IMG/VR virus record: IMGVR_UViG_3300021079_000006
Span: 1 to 64,000 of that record
Source of the DNA: an uncultured virus (IMG/VR IMGVR_UViG_3300021079_000006)
Lineage: Duplodnaviria; Heunggongvirae; Uroviricota; Caudoviricetes
Reading direction: 5' to 3' (one strand)
DNA length: 64,000 bases
The translations under genes were made by a program, and so were the position numbers. The notes below the pieces were generated by a model. The model was given only the letters and a program-made list of their open reading frames with translations. It had not been told where the DNA came from and made no database searches. Shown here piece by piece: positions 1-11,200 of this stretch; position 1 is the first letter of the stretch, and each line of letters begins with the position of its first letter.

Positions 1-26
1 GGGTAGATAGGTATTCGTTTCATTTA

Positions 27-728
27 TTAAAAAAGTCTGTTTAGCCAGAGCGTCCTGGCTCCAATCGGGTCGATCAGAGGTTTTCCGAGGCGCTCGTTGA
101 CATTATTATGCAGACGCACCGACCAGTCAAACAGACGAGTGTAGTCCGGCGGGTCGGCAGCCAGGAAGGCTTCCAGGTGCGCTTTGCACGGGCACCCGTC
201 AAACGGGAGGTCTCCCATCCAGTCCAGGAGCCAATGGTGCATATACCTAGGTTTCCCTTCGTGCCGGAGCGCGTACAGGTGCAGCTCCGCCCAAAACCTC
301 GGGCCGGCCAGCATGATTTGGCTCTTCCGGCTTTCGCCGCGGTCGTAGATGCGCTCAACCTCGTTGCCGGCGTTGATGACCCATTGGTTATGGGCGTCCC
401 AATCAGTTGAGAATGACATTGCGACCGTTTTCTCGGTCAACATGGCCGCCTGGTGTTGGATATGGTACGGCGCCTTGGGATCGTCGCCAGGCTCCTCGAG
501 CTTGGGATGATCGGTGTCAAATTTGGTGACTTCCTCGTCGGTGATCCCGTCGCGCTTACAAAGCCATGCTTCGACAAGCTCATGCAGGGCCACCAGGAGG
601 GCGCTTTGGTCCTGGCCGCCGTAGTCTGGCGCCGTAATCTTCAGCGCGCCGTCTGGGAGCCATTCCCAGTCGCCGGCTGTAGGATAACGCATGGCCGACG
701 CGTCGATGGTCTTAATCTCAATCCTCAT
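27..728 (-). CDS. Fusion of an N-terminal HExxE metal-binding domain and a C-terminal Erv1/Alr-like sulfhydryl oxidase domain (copy A)
   Basis: LHELVEA motif; C-terminal GPRFWAELH...LPFDGCPCKAH...WSVRLHNNVNERLGKP matches the Erv1/Alr signature (W..LH, redox Cys pair, W...HNxVN.RLGKP). Confidence 0.7.
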   Translation of the reverse strand: MRIEIKTIDASAMRYPTAGDWEWLPDGALKITAPDYGGQDQSALLVALHELVEAWLCKRDGITDEEVTKFDTDHPKLEEPGDDPKAPYHIQHQAAMLTEKTVAMSFSTDWDAHNQWVINAGNEVERIYDRGESRKSQIMLAGPRFWAELHLYALRHEGKPRYMHHWLLDWMGDLPFDGCPCKAHLEAFLAADPPDYTRLFDWSVRLHNNVNERLGKPLIDPIGARTLWLNRLF

Positions 729-1993
729 TCGTTAAACACGCTGAGGTTGAGCTTCTCCATTTCCTTGATCTGCTCTCGCACCTGCTCAATGGCAGAGCTT
801 TTTGACTCGAGGTAGTAACCTTCAACCTGCTCTGCGTTCTCTAAAGCGTGCGCAAACGCGTCTTCCATTGTGTCGCCCAGGCCGATAACAGCGCCTATCT
901 CCGGCAGCCCACAGTCCTGGGGGATGCAATAAAAGCCGTCCTTGTTCTTGTAAACGTTCCGGAGCTTAACAAAATCCCGGATCTCGTCGGGGAATTTGAC
1001 CTTCTGCCAATTCTGGTCCGCCCAGGACGAGTGGAGCATGATCTCGGCGCCATAAATGGCCGTCGGCTCAGGATCAACCACAACGCCGTTCGCTCCGTAC
1101 CACATACACTCTGCCAGGTTGGAATACTGCTCCTGGTAGAGCTCGTTTGGAGGACTCGGAGCCCTGGCGCAGAAATCGATCATGTAGGGATCCATGTCTT
1201 TCCCGATCCGGATCTCGGTCGAGAAAAAGCCGCGGTATCCGTAAGCCTCGAAAACCGGCTTCATCGCCTCATTAAAGCGAGTTAAAGGTTCCGGAAGGTC
1301 GGCGTAGTTTTTGAAGACGGAGGCGAACCCGCAATCCTTGATCTCCAGGCCGGAGATGAGCGTATTCGGAAACTGGCCGTCGATTGTCCAGGCATCTGTC
1401 CCAAACTCAACGCGGTCGGGAAGGTCTTCCTCGACAATAAATTTGAGGTCATGCTTGAGCGGCCCGAGCTTGTACTCGACCTCGTCCAGTTTTGGCTCCA
1501 CCTCTTCATACGAGGGCGCCTTGAATGTTTCAAAAGTGCCGCGGTACTTGTCGATCTTGACGTGAACGTCGTCGTGCTCCTTCAGGAAGGAGCGCAGGTT
1601 GTCCATGCCAGTGATTTCCCAATACTTGCCAACAGGCAGGCCGGTGCGCTCGATAATGCGCTTCATGCCGGCGCGGTCCAGTTCCATTTCCTCGCCCAGG
1701 CGAGAACCCCAGACAACCTTACCCATCCGGTCCAGCATTCGCTGCTCCCATCCAAAATAGATATCGGGGAAGCAGAAGAAATCGACGTCGTCAAAATGCG
1801 GGCCGTAGATGGAATCAACCAGCTCCAGGCCGTCCAACCCCTTGCCGATCCAGGCGGTGTTCAGCTTGGCAAAGGCGCACTCCCAGGGGCAATAATAGTA
1901 AACCTTTTTGAAGGTCTTGCTTAGTTTTAGCGCAAGTTCAACAAACAGGCCGTTGTCTACGACAAGACAGACTACGTCTTTTGGGTCTTTCAT
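725..1993 (-). CDS. ATP-grasp ligase, PurD (phosphoribosylamine-glycine ligase)-like (copy A)
   Basis: ELDRAGMK..G(LP) motif, VHVK, FIVEE, GYRGFFSTE, IDFCAR.PSP; 422 aa is typical of the PurD-like fold. Confidence 0.75.
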   Translation of the reverse strand: MKDPKDVVCLVVDNGLFVELALKLSKTFKKVYYYCPWECAFAKLNTAWIGKGLDGLELVDSIYGPHFDDVDFFCFPDIYFGWEQRMLDRMGKVVWGSRLGEEMELDRAGMKRIIERTGLPVGKYWEITGMDNLRSFLKEHDDVHVKIDKYRGTFETFKAPSYEEVEPKLDEVEYKLGPLKHDLKFIVEEDLPDRVEFGTDAWTIDGQFPNTLISGLEIKDCGFASVFKNYADLPEPLTRFNEAMKPVFEAYGYRGFFSTEIRIGKDMDPYMIDFCARAPSPPNELYQEQYSNLAECMWYGANGVVVDPEPTAIYGAEIMLHSSWADQNWQKVKFPDEIRDFVKLRNVYKNKDGFYCIPQDCGLPEIGAVIGLGDTMEDAFAHALENAEQVEGYYLESKSSAIEQVREQIKEMEKLNLSVFNE

Positions 1994-2259
1994 TTGCAGT
2001 TCCAGCGTTTAAGTGATGCGGCTTTACGGGTTGGGCGACCCTTTTCGTCTTTCATCGGACCGGGATTGCCGCTCATTCTAGCGCAGAATGAAGCCTTTCT
2101 GCCAGCGTCGGCCTTGGTCTTTGGGTGCGGCGCAGGCGCCTTCAAGTTGCTGCCAGTTGCCGCGTTGATTTTGGCTCGGCCCTTGGCTGTTAGCCCGGCG
2201 CCCCGGGAAACAGGAAGCTTATCTCCCTTCGATACAGATAGTTTTGGTGTTTTTGGCAT
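1990..2259 (-). CDS. Small basic phage protein, DUF6321-like
   Basis: GLTAKGRAK..GSNLKAP...RKASFCARMSG...SLKRWNC pattern; K/R-rich. Confidence 0.65.
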   Translation of the reverse strand: MPKTPKLSVSKGDKLPVSRGAGLTAKGRAKINAATGSNLKAPAPHPKTKADAGRKASFCARMSGNPGPMKDEKGRPTRKAASLKRWNCK

Positions 2260-2260
2260 A

Positions 2261-5200
2261 TTATTCTTCGTCTTCTCCTTCAGCTTCTTTTCGCAGTTTT
2301 TCTGCCGCTTTGATTGCTTTTTCTTTTTCCATCAATTGCTTCATTAGCCCCTTATTGGGAGACTTAACGCCAGTGAGGTTTGCCTCATCGGCCTCGGACA
2401 AGAGTCGCACTGTTTCCCCTTTACGATCCACTTGGAACAAACCTCCAGCTTGGATGATGTCCAAAGAAAACTTGGCGGCGTCAGCGTAGTCCGCTGGCTC
2501 TGCTCCGCTCGTTGCCGCCCCGTACTTGCCAAACAATTCCTTCTCGTTAAACCACAGGGCAGCCTGCATATCGGCAATGGTAACAACAATCCCGGCTTGA
2601 GCAAGCCTAGCCTGAGCCTGCTCCATCGTTGTCTGCTGAAACGCCCGCTCGTTACTGGCCCGAGGTGCGCCAAGCGGCGTTGTGCGATCCTGCACCCAAT
2701 TCTTGGCGGCTCTTCGTAATTCGGTTTTTCCCTTGAAGCTGCCAGTTCTGAATACTTTTTCAAGGTGCTCCGCAAACTCAAGCATCGCGCCGCTGTCTTC
2801 TAGTAATTTGTGGAATTCTTTTTTCGACCATCTGGGCGCGTCTTCTCCGTAAAGGTAGGGCTCTTCAACTCCTTTTTTAATGAGCACTCGGTCGGTATAT
2901 TCCTTGCCTTTTTTGAGCGCCTGATTTCTGTTGTATTCCTCAATCAACGAGTCTTGAAACCGCTCAAATTGATGCCCTTCCTTGAGAGGATCATACTTAA
3001 ATGAGCGACCAAGAATTCGATTCCACGTTCTGGTATACCAAAGGTCGGCGGTTAGCGTTGAGTAGTCGCCGTGGAGGTTATTAATGAAAGATCCGATCTT
3101 TGGCCCAAAGACCATAAACCCGGTCACCATTTGATTTTTGCCGCCCTCAACAGACAGCGGCTCCCCGTTGTAATACAGGGAGGTGTCTTGCTTCAGATTC
3201 TTGTTCCAATTTGCAACAGTGTCCGTTTTGAACAAAAGGGCTCGGAGCTGACTTGGGGTATGCCTTGTCAGCAACTCGTGCAATTTCAGTATGTTGTTTT
3301 CAATCGCGGCAGTTTTATCGCCGAATGTGCCATGCAGTGCGGTGACAATTTCTGGAAGGGTTTTGCCATTTTCTAACATTAGCGTTACCCGAGTTGCCAT
3401 TTTGCCATTCTCGAAGACGTCGTTGCCCTGAGACGCAATCCCGAGAACCGCATCGAAAACAAGGCTCTTGTCTGCGTCGTGCTGGGGAGACCCAACCTCG
3501 AGCCACGGAAAGAGTTGCGAGTACATTCCCTTCATCCGCTTCAGGGCCGCGTCGTACCATCCAATTGCGTTTGGAGACTTTGGATTCAGCGCGGCCCTCG
3601 CCATGTGCTGCTGAACCTCGTCGGCCACAACTGACGAAATGATATCCATCGCCCTCGGGCTATAGTCTCCGGGCAGGATTACCCCATCACTGGCCGCTCG
3701 ATTCTGCAACGCATGAATCATGTCCGGGACGGCTGTCTCCCGCTTGCCTGCAAGCGTGTACGTTGACCTCACGGGCAGGATTTCGGTTCCTGCCAACAGC
3801 GGACTGGCGCTCCGGGCCATTGGGTCTACCGGGTACAGCTTGTCCTTTATGTACTTGGCGTCGGAGTCACTGAGTCCGTACCGCTTGGCGTAGAGGGCTG
3901 GGTCGAAGATGTAGCCTTGCGCGGCTGCTGCCTTGGCGTAGTCGATAAGAAGGCTATCGATACTTCGTTGTAGTAAGGACTGTCCACCGGAAGTGGCTTG
4001 AAGCCAAACCGGGAGAACTCTCTGGTTGTCTCTTCCCTTGAATATTTTTTCAGTTTCATAAAGCTCTGAGGCTACAATTGTTTCGTATGATTGATCGATT
4101 GATGCTGATTTTTGGATTTCACTGAGCTTGCTGGCAAAGTCCTCGGTCCCAAAGTTGAGTGCCTTGATGCCCTTGCCGTCCGTTGTCGTAGAAACGTCTA
4201 CGCCAACTTCTCTCGCTTTGTCAAAAGCCAACTTCAACTGGTCGTCGGTGAGCTTTGTAGAATGGATCAGGTATGCTGCCTGAGTGCCTTCTTTAAGGTC
4301 AATTGACGGCTTGTAGGTGATGCCAGCGTCTTGAGCAAAAGCAAGAGTTAGAAGCTGAGTGATTTGCTTTGCCTTGTCAAACGTAAGTTCAGGATGAACC
4401 AAATCAAAAGATGGTTCTACCTTCCCCTGCCACGTTCCTGCAATCGGCCTAATCTCCAGACCATCAAGGCCAAAGAAGTCTTTTAGTATCCCGTTGAAGC
4501 CATCGGATTTCAGAATGTCATGCACTGAGTCTCCAAGCTCTGCCATGCTGCGAATTCCAAGCGGATTGGCGGTGAATGGAGCAGGGGTTGCCTTTAGCGA
4601 CACCTCTTCAAACGACCTGTTTAGCTTTTTGACTTGAGCTTTCCACGCGGCGTCTTCCGGGCTCATGTTCTGCATCTTTTCCGGGAACTGCGAGCGCATC
4701 TCTTCGATCTGGGTGTCGAGCGCGGCAACCTTTTCCGCATAGGCGGCCTTCTTTGCTTCAAATTCCGCCGTTTTTTCAGGCTTCTTTGCGTTCTTAGCCG
4801 CCTCGTCTGCCTTGGCAAGCAACTCAAGTTGGCGTTGTTTTTTAAGCTGCAATTCGCCCCATGTTTCAACTGCTGCCTTTTGGCCGGAAACCGTTTTAAG
4901 CTGATCTCTTAGCTCGGATGCCGTTCTGTAGGTGTAACCGTGCTCACCGGGCTTGGCTCCAATCACAACGCTGAACATCCCGCGTTCATCAGTGATGGTT
5001 TTGGGAAGCGGAGCAATTGACGCAAGAGCAGGCAGACGCTCTTCCTCTTTTGGCTCTATTTTTATGCCTTCCAGCGCCCCGGGAATATTTTCGTTGTCCG
5101 GCATAAACCGCACCTGAGCACCTTCAAGGGCTCCCGAGGCGCTGGGGTCGGTTAGGAATGGTTTAATTTCGTCGTATTTTTCACGACTGATGGAGCCATT

Positions 5201-8200
5201 CACCATTTTAGTAAACAGCTTTCGATTAAACGCCTTGATGTCATTGGCATCCGATGCATTTGCATAACGCATTGGCACATCGATGACAAAAATGGCCTCC
5301 TTTCCATCGGGGCCAAGCCCCGAAACCACATTTCCTTCGTGGGCATCTCGCAAAAATGTTTTTGCCTTTGGATTGTAGAATTCAAAAAGATTGCCTCTTA
5401 CTATCCTGAAAAAGTTTCTTTGATTTAAATATGAATCAATTTGGTTAATTGATAACGGGTCTAAAATTTTGACGTAAGGCTGCTCCGTGACAACATACGC
5501 ACCGGGATCAGATCCCGTTACCCTTCCAGTAACAAGGTCTGAAAAATTTCCCTGAACATTGGCTTCCGATTCCTTTGCTTGATCGTGGATTCCCTTAACG
5601 GTGATTTTTGTTTCAGGGAAAAACTCATTGTGCAGTCGAATTCGGTCGAAATAATCACCCCAGTTTTCTTCAAACATGGGAATATTTGTCCGCTTTTCAA
5701 CTTTGCCATTTTCATTTCCAAGAATGACTTGATGCTCGGCCCCTGATTTATACCCCGACGCCCTCCACCTCTCGAGAAAGTCCCGATGATCCAAAAGCGC
5801 CCCGTGCTGGCGTGCTGCATCAACTAGACGGGTGTCTTGCGCTCGCTTTGCTGCCTCTGACGCACGGCGACTTTCAGTTTCTCCTCGAACCTGTTCTGAT
5901 TCTGAATCCTTTCCTCTAACGGAACGCTCGAAAACACTTCCGAGATTCTCACTAGGTGCTCTCGACCCTTGTTTGTTTTGGCTGCTTCCTGCTCTACTAA
6001 CCTCTCCCTCTCTGCTCTGTCTGGAATTAAGTATTCGTTCATATTCTTCTTTTTCGGCAAAATCGCCAGATTCTTTAGGATTACCATCAGGCATAAATCG
6101 AGCCTGACCGCCTTCCACAGAGGAGCGCATCTCGGGAGTAATGGCGACTTTCCAGATTTTGGGATTTTCTCCAATCTCTACAACTTCTCCACCTTCTCCG
6201 CGTCCCCGGTTGTTAAGCGCAACAACTGCGTGAGAACGGTTGGTGAACGTCATTGTTGGAGCGATATTTGGATTTCCTTGAATGACGTACTCTTTCTTGC
6301 CTTCAACCTCACCCGTTTCAACTTTAGCACCCCATTGCTTGACGTACTTGCCAATTTCATTTGGTAGGATTTTGTCGTAAAAGCCTGTCATGCCTTCGCC
6401 GCCAATATCAAGGTCTAATCCGTCAGCTTTTGCGTATGCCGTAACCGGATCTGATTGAGAATTGAGGTCAGCAATAAGCTTTTCTGCAAGTGGCTTCCCT
6501 ATTGTGTCAGCTACCTCCTGAGCAGACAGTCCGGGTTTATTTATTACTGATACAGGAAGGTTTGATCCATCTGTGTTTTGGTATGCACTGACATGATACT
6601 TTCCGTCACCGTCATTTATTAGGTCAATGGCTGAGACATGTTTACTTAGGGAATACCGATCAGCTTGCGCTTCTCCTCCGGTCCAGCCAATCCAATTCTT
6701 GCCGTCAGCAACAGCTTTTTGAAGTGCGTGCTTGAATAGTTGAATGGGCCAATCTTTGCGGAATGGTGCGTCGGCAACGCCGTCTTGACGCATTGCTCCT
6801 GCGTTCATTAAGGCTGTCCATTCCTTGCGCTCTTCAGGTGTTGCCGCTTGCCCTTTTGCTTCAATTTCACGCACCCTATTATAATCGCGAAGTTGTTCAT
6901 TTTTGTACCCTCTTTTCCTAGCCGCCTGATGCAGATCAGATTGCAACTCTTCAATCAGCCTGCCAGTTCCAAAGTCTTGAGTGCGCATATGCGCAACATA
7001 GTTTGGAACGTCTGGAAAGTGGCTTGAGCGAAACTCTCCAACTCCAACAACATCGCTTTCTCCCCTGCCATCAATTCTGGCTTGATCTAATGTGTCATAA
7101 GTGCCTTGTTCTCCATCAATAAATTCAACATCAAAAGATCCATCGTTTAATTTTTTAAATGAAGCAATTGGGTCAATTTCTGTTTTAGACGGCATTCTAA
7201 GAACAACCTCTTCGTAGTTTGTGCCGCCGGGAAGCTTGTATTTGGAGTATTGCGTCTCGTCTTCTCCGTACTCAGAATCGATTTGGTTGGTCTCAGAAAC
7301 GAACTCTTCCGCTTCTGGTCTACTCATCCCAAACATTTCCATTGCAGATTTCTCTGCTTCCTCAATTGTGTTAAATTTTGCAGCGCCTCCCCACTCTTCA
7401 GCTTCAGAGTAGAACTCGCCTTCAAAGGACTTTGCTTCTCGCATCCTCTGCGTCTCAAACTTTGCAACGTAACCGTCTTTCAAGAACTGCTTAACGTCAT
7501 CTTTCGTGACATATCCTTTCTCCGCCTGCGCTGCGTCAATAAACTGATTGATGCCGCTCCATTTCATTTCGTCAGGCTTCACGCCACTACCCTTCTGCGG
7601 GTCCAGAATGCCCCTTATTTGCTCCGCACTGGCCCGATTAGGCATCTTGTTTAATAGAACCCGTCCAGCCTTGCTGTAGAACCCGGGGGCGACCTTTGTA
7701 GGGTCTTCCTCACGCTCTGGCATGAAGCGAATGCCTGACGGGATTTTGCTAGATGCCCACATGCTCCCGCCTTGCGGATCTGGTCTGCCAGTTTCCGTAT
7801 CAAATAATTTTTCTCTTCGTAATGTAGCCTGTTTTGATATTGGCTCTCCGTATAGTTTTGTTGCACCAATGCTTTGAGCATATTTTGCAATTTCTCGGTA
7901 CAAAGCTTCTCCGTATCCTTGTTTTTCAAACCCGGAAGAATTGGCAGACAGCACCACCTTCAGGAGCTCTGGGTCATACGGATCTCTAGTGACAGTTGCG
8001 CTAGCCGCAACCTTGTTAGACATTTCCGGGTAAATGTAAATGTGCGTGTCTGGGTCTTCTTCAATTTCCTCAACTCTAGATTTGTATTTTGGCAACCTTG
8101 CCTTCATTACGTTCAGCTCTTCTTGAGTTGGTACGCGACGGTATTCATCTTCCAATTTCTCAGGTATAAACCGGACCTGCGCTTCTGCTGGCTGAACCGT

Positions 8201-11200
8201 TGCCTTGATTTCACCAGTGCCTTTTGGGTCGTACTTAGCAGAGACTGATCCCAAACCTTTTAGGATACTACCACCGAGCGCAGGACGCTGTTCTTCTTTA
8301 GCCTCCTGTTCGGGCATAAACCGGGCCTTGTACGGGATCGGGTACTTATACTCCGTGTTTGCGTTCTCTTCGGCAGCAGTGTGCGAATCAAGGCGGAATG
8401 ATTTGATGATCTGGTCAAAGCTAGACTGTTTATCGAGCTTGCGTTCGGATCGGCTAAACTTGTTCCGGTCTAGGTCTGGAATAGACTCAACGTCGGGCAC
8501 ATTTGGATTTGGTGCGCCGAGCATCTTTTCGTAAATGGTTCGCTTGAGCTTTGCAACATTTGGGTCTGCATCGAGTCCCTGCCAGCCCGGGACACTTGCG
8601 TCGGGGTTCGCAAGGTTCGGAAGCAGCACCGTTCTAAACTCGTTCCAAAATTTTTGTGTGTCGCCGCCCCAAGGCTCAAACACTCCCTTGGCATATTTCT
8701 CATAAAGCCCAACCTTCCTACGAAGGTCGCTAATATCCCAAGCAGTTGTGTAAAAATTGCCAGCCTTTGAGAGGTGCAATTGCAATGGGACGATCTGCCG
8801 AATCTTTGGAGAAAACGCCTGATAGTTGCCTTTGTCATTCAACCGGGAGGCGTAATCGATATCAAGCACCGTCCCGTCGCCCCGAGTCATTAGGTCGTCG
8901 TACTTAAACAACAGTTCCTTCATTGAGGCTGGAACAATACTTTCAGGAAGTGCAGCAATTGCCGCACGCTGCGCTGGAGTCATTTTTCCAGTGTAGTGCA
9001 GGTCTTCATCATCTTTTCCCTGCCCGCCTTTGATCGCCCGGAACCGTCCCAGCTCAGATGGATCTCCAGCGTTATCGATGGCATCACGGACCATTTGCAC
9101 CCGGCGCTTAATATGCGCTACGGTTTCCTTGTTTTTGCGTTCTTTTGGCTTCCCGGTGGCCTCGTCGTAAGCAATCTGACGTTCTACTTGTACTCGCCCA
9201 CCGACCGGGACTTCGAGTCCAACTAATTCAGGATGTAATTCTCCAAATCCCCGTTCCTTGTTTGGAACATTATCCCCAGTCGTATCGTCTTGGTGATAAA
9301 TCCAACTACCTTCAGATGCGTTGTTGTCAGTTAGGTTAACCGTCTGCACTACCTTACCATCTGCGTCCGTAACTACAGCCACTGGAATCGTCTCAAATTT
9401 CCCTGTGTCCTTAAAATACTTGTTAAGCAACTCTTTTGAGTTTTTTACGTCTTTTGGCGTAATGGGCGCAGCCACCGCTTCTCCCGGCTCTGCGTCAGTA
9501 AAGTCGCCGTCGTACTTCTTCATCTCCCGCTCGACGTTGCGTATCGCACGCATTACCTCAGGGCTGTACGTTGCGCCAACAAGCCCAGAAGTCCACTGTT
9601 TGTACACCGCTGGCCCTGCAATTGCGTACAAGTGATTCAACGCAGATTTGACGTTGTTGCTACTGACACGAGAAGCCAACCAGTTAATTCCTCGCTGCGC
9701 TGGAGACTCTGGGTCGCCAAAGAACCTTCCTGCGTGAGCTTCTGCGAGAGTTTCCTCCCGCATCAATTCAACAATCTTGTTCTTGTTAAAGTCGTTTGCC
9801 GCTTCATCCCAAACTCCAGCGGCTTCAGCGTAATCCTGAACTTGTTCTGCTGTCTTTCCTTCTAAATATTTTTTGTAAAATTTGCCAAACAGATCATCCC
9901 GGGACATTCCGGGCTCCGCAGGAGTGATTTGTCGCACATTGCCATTTTCATCAACAGCCTCTGTGCCGAATATTTTGTTGAACAAAGGTGCGATCCGCTT
10001 GCGGTATTCGTCCTTGCCAAACAAGCCGTGCCCAACAACTTCGTGAGCAAGGACGTTTGAGATAGCCTCCCCAGAAAGCTCTGCCTTTTTTAAAGCGTTT
10101 TCAACATTCACAAACACCGTATCTTTGGCAGGGTCCATCGTAAACCCGTCCTTGGCGGTGCCTTTCCCAATCATAATGCCGTCAGCGGTTGGATTCTTTT
10201 CTAACGCCTGCTCAATAGTCATTGGTGCTCCAACCCCATTGAAATTAGGGTTTTCCGTAATCATCTTGTCGATAATTTGGCTAGATGTAAGCAACTCAAT
10301 GTTCATGTTGCTGTTAGGAGTCAGCACCCCGTTTATGAGGTTTGACACTTTCCCTAGCGACAATTTAATGCCATCCTCGAACGCTTGCCGGGCTTCCGGG
10401 GGCGCAACTATGTTTTCCTGATGGAGTCGATAAGCAAACTCGTAATCTGCTTTGGCCTTAGCCGCTTCAGGTGTATTTGCCCCGTTCACCATTTCGGCAA
10501 AATGCGTTTTCTGAGCCCGATCAAGGCGTTTTTCAGACTGCTTGATGACCTTGTCCCAGTTCAAATTTGTGACATTTTCTCGAGATTCTGGGCTTAACCC
10601 AAGCATAACCCTTTGAGCCTGTCGCATCTCTGCGTCTCGGTTCATTTTGTTGCGAATCGGATCATTCCCTACTAATCCTCCGAGAACCTGCCCGTGAATA
10701 AATCCATAGGTCGCAAACTCAGCCCACATTTGTGCAAACTCTTGAGCGTCCTTGTCTTCAAGTACTCCCATTGCAACCATCATTGGCAGCATTGACACGT
10801 TGTGTTGCACAAAGACGTTTGCGTTTTTTTCAATAAAATCCAACGCTTTGCCGCCACCAGCTTTTTGCGACCAGTTCAAAAATCGTTGCACCTCAGGAGA
10901 TGCTGATTCCATTTTTTCTAACGCCTCAAAGCGGCCCAATTCAGCGCCGGATAACCTTCCAGCTTTAAGTAGCTGCTGCCCAAGGCGAGGCGCAGCCGCA
11001 ATCGCCTTACCAGCAAGCTGAATTCCAAGCCCAGTTCCTGCGCCTTTTAACGCCCCGGCCAGCGGATCATCAGACGCCAATGCACCAGCGCCAGCGCCAA
11101 GTAGAGTCGACCCGGCATATTTTACAGGTTTTGGAAGGCTTTCAAAGGCTGTTTTAGACCGATCAATGGTGTCTGCAATGTTGCCAAGTGGCTTTTCGAG

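Noticed and set aside
725..1993. Bona fide purD auxiliary metabolic gene
   Set aside because: It lacks the GxGGREHA N-terminal signature and the NTGGMG motif of true PurD; only the fold is shared.
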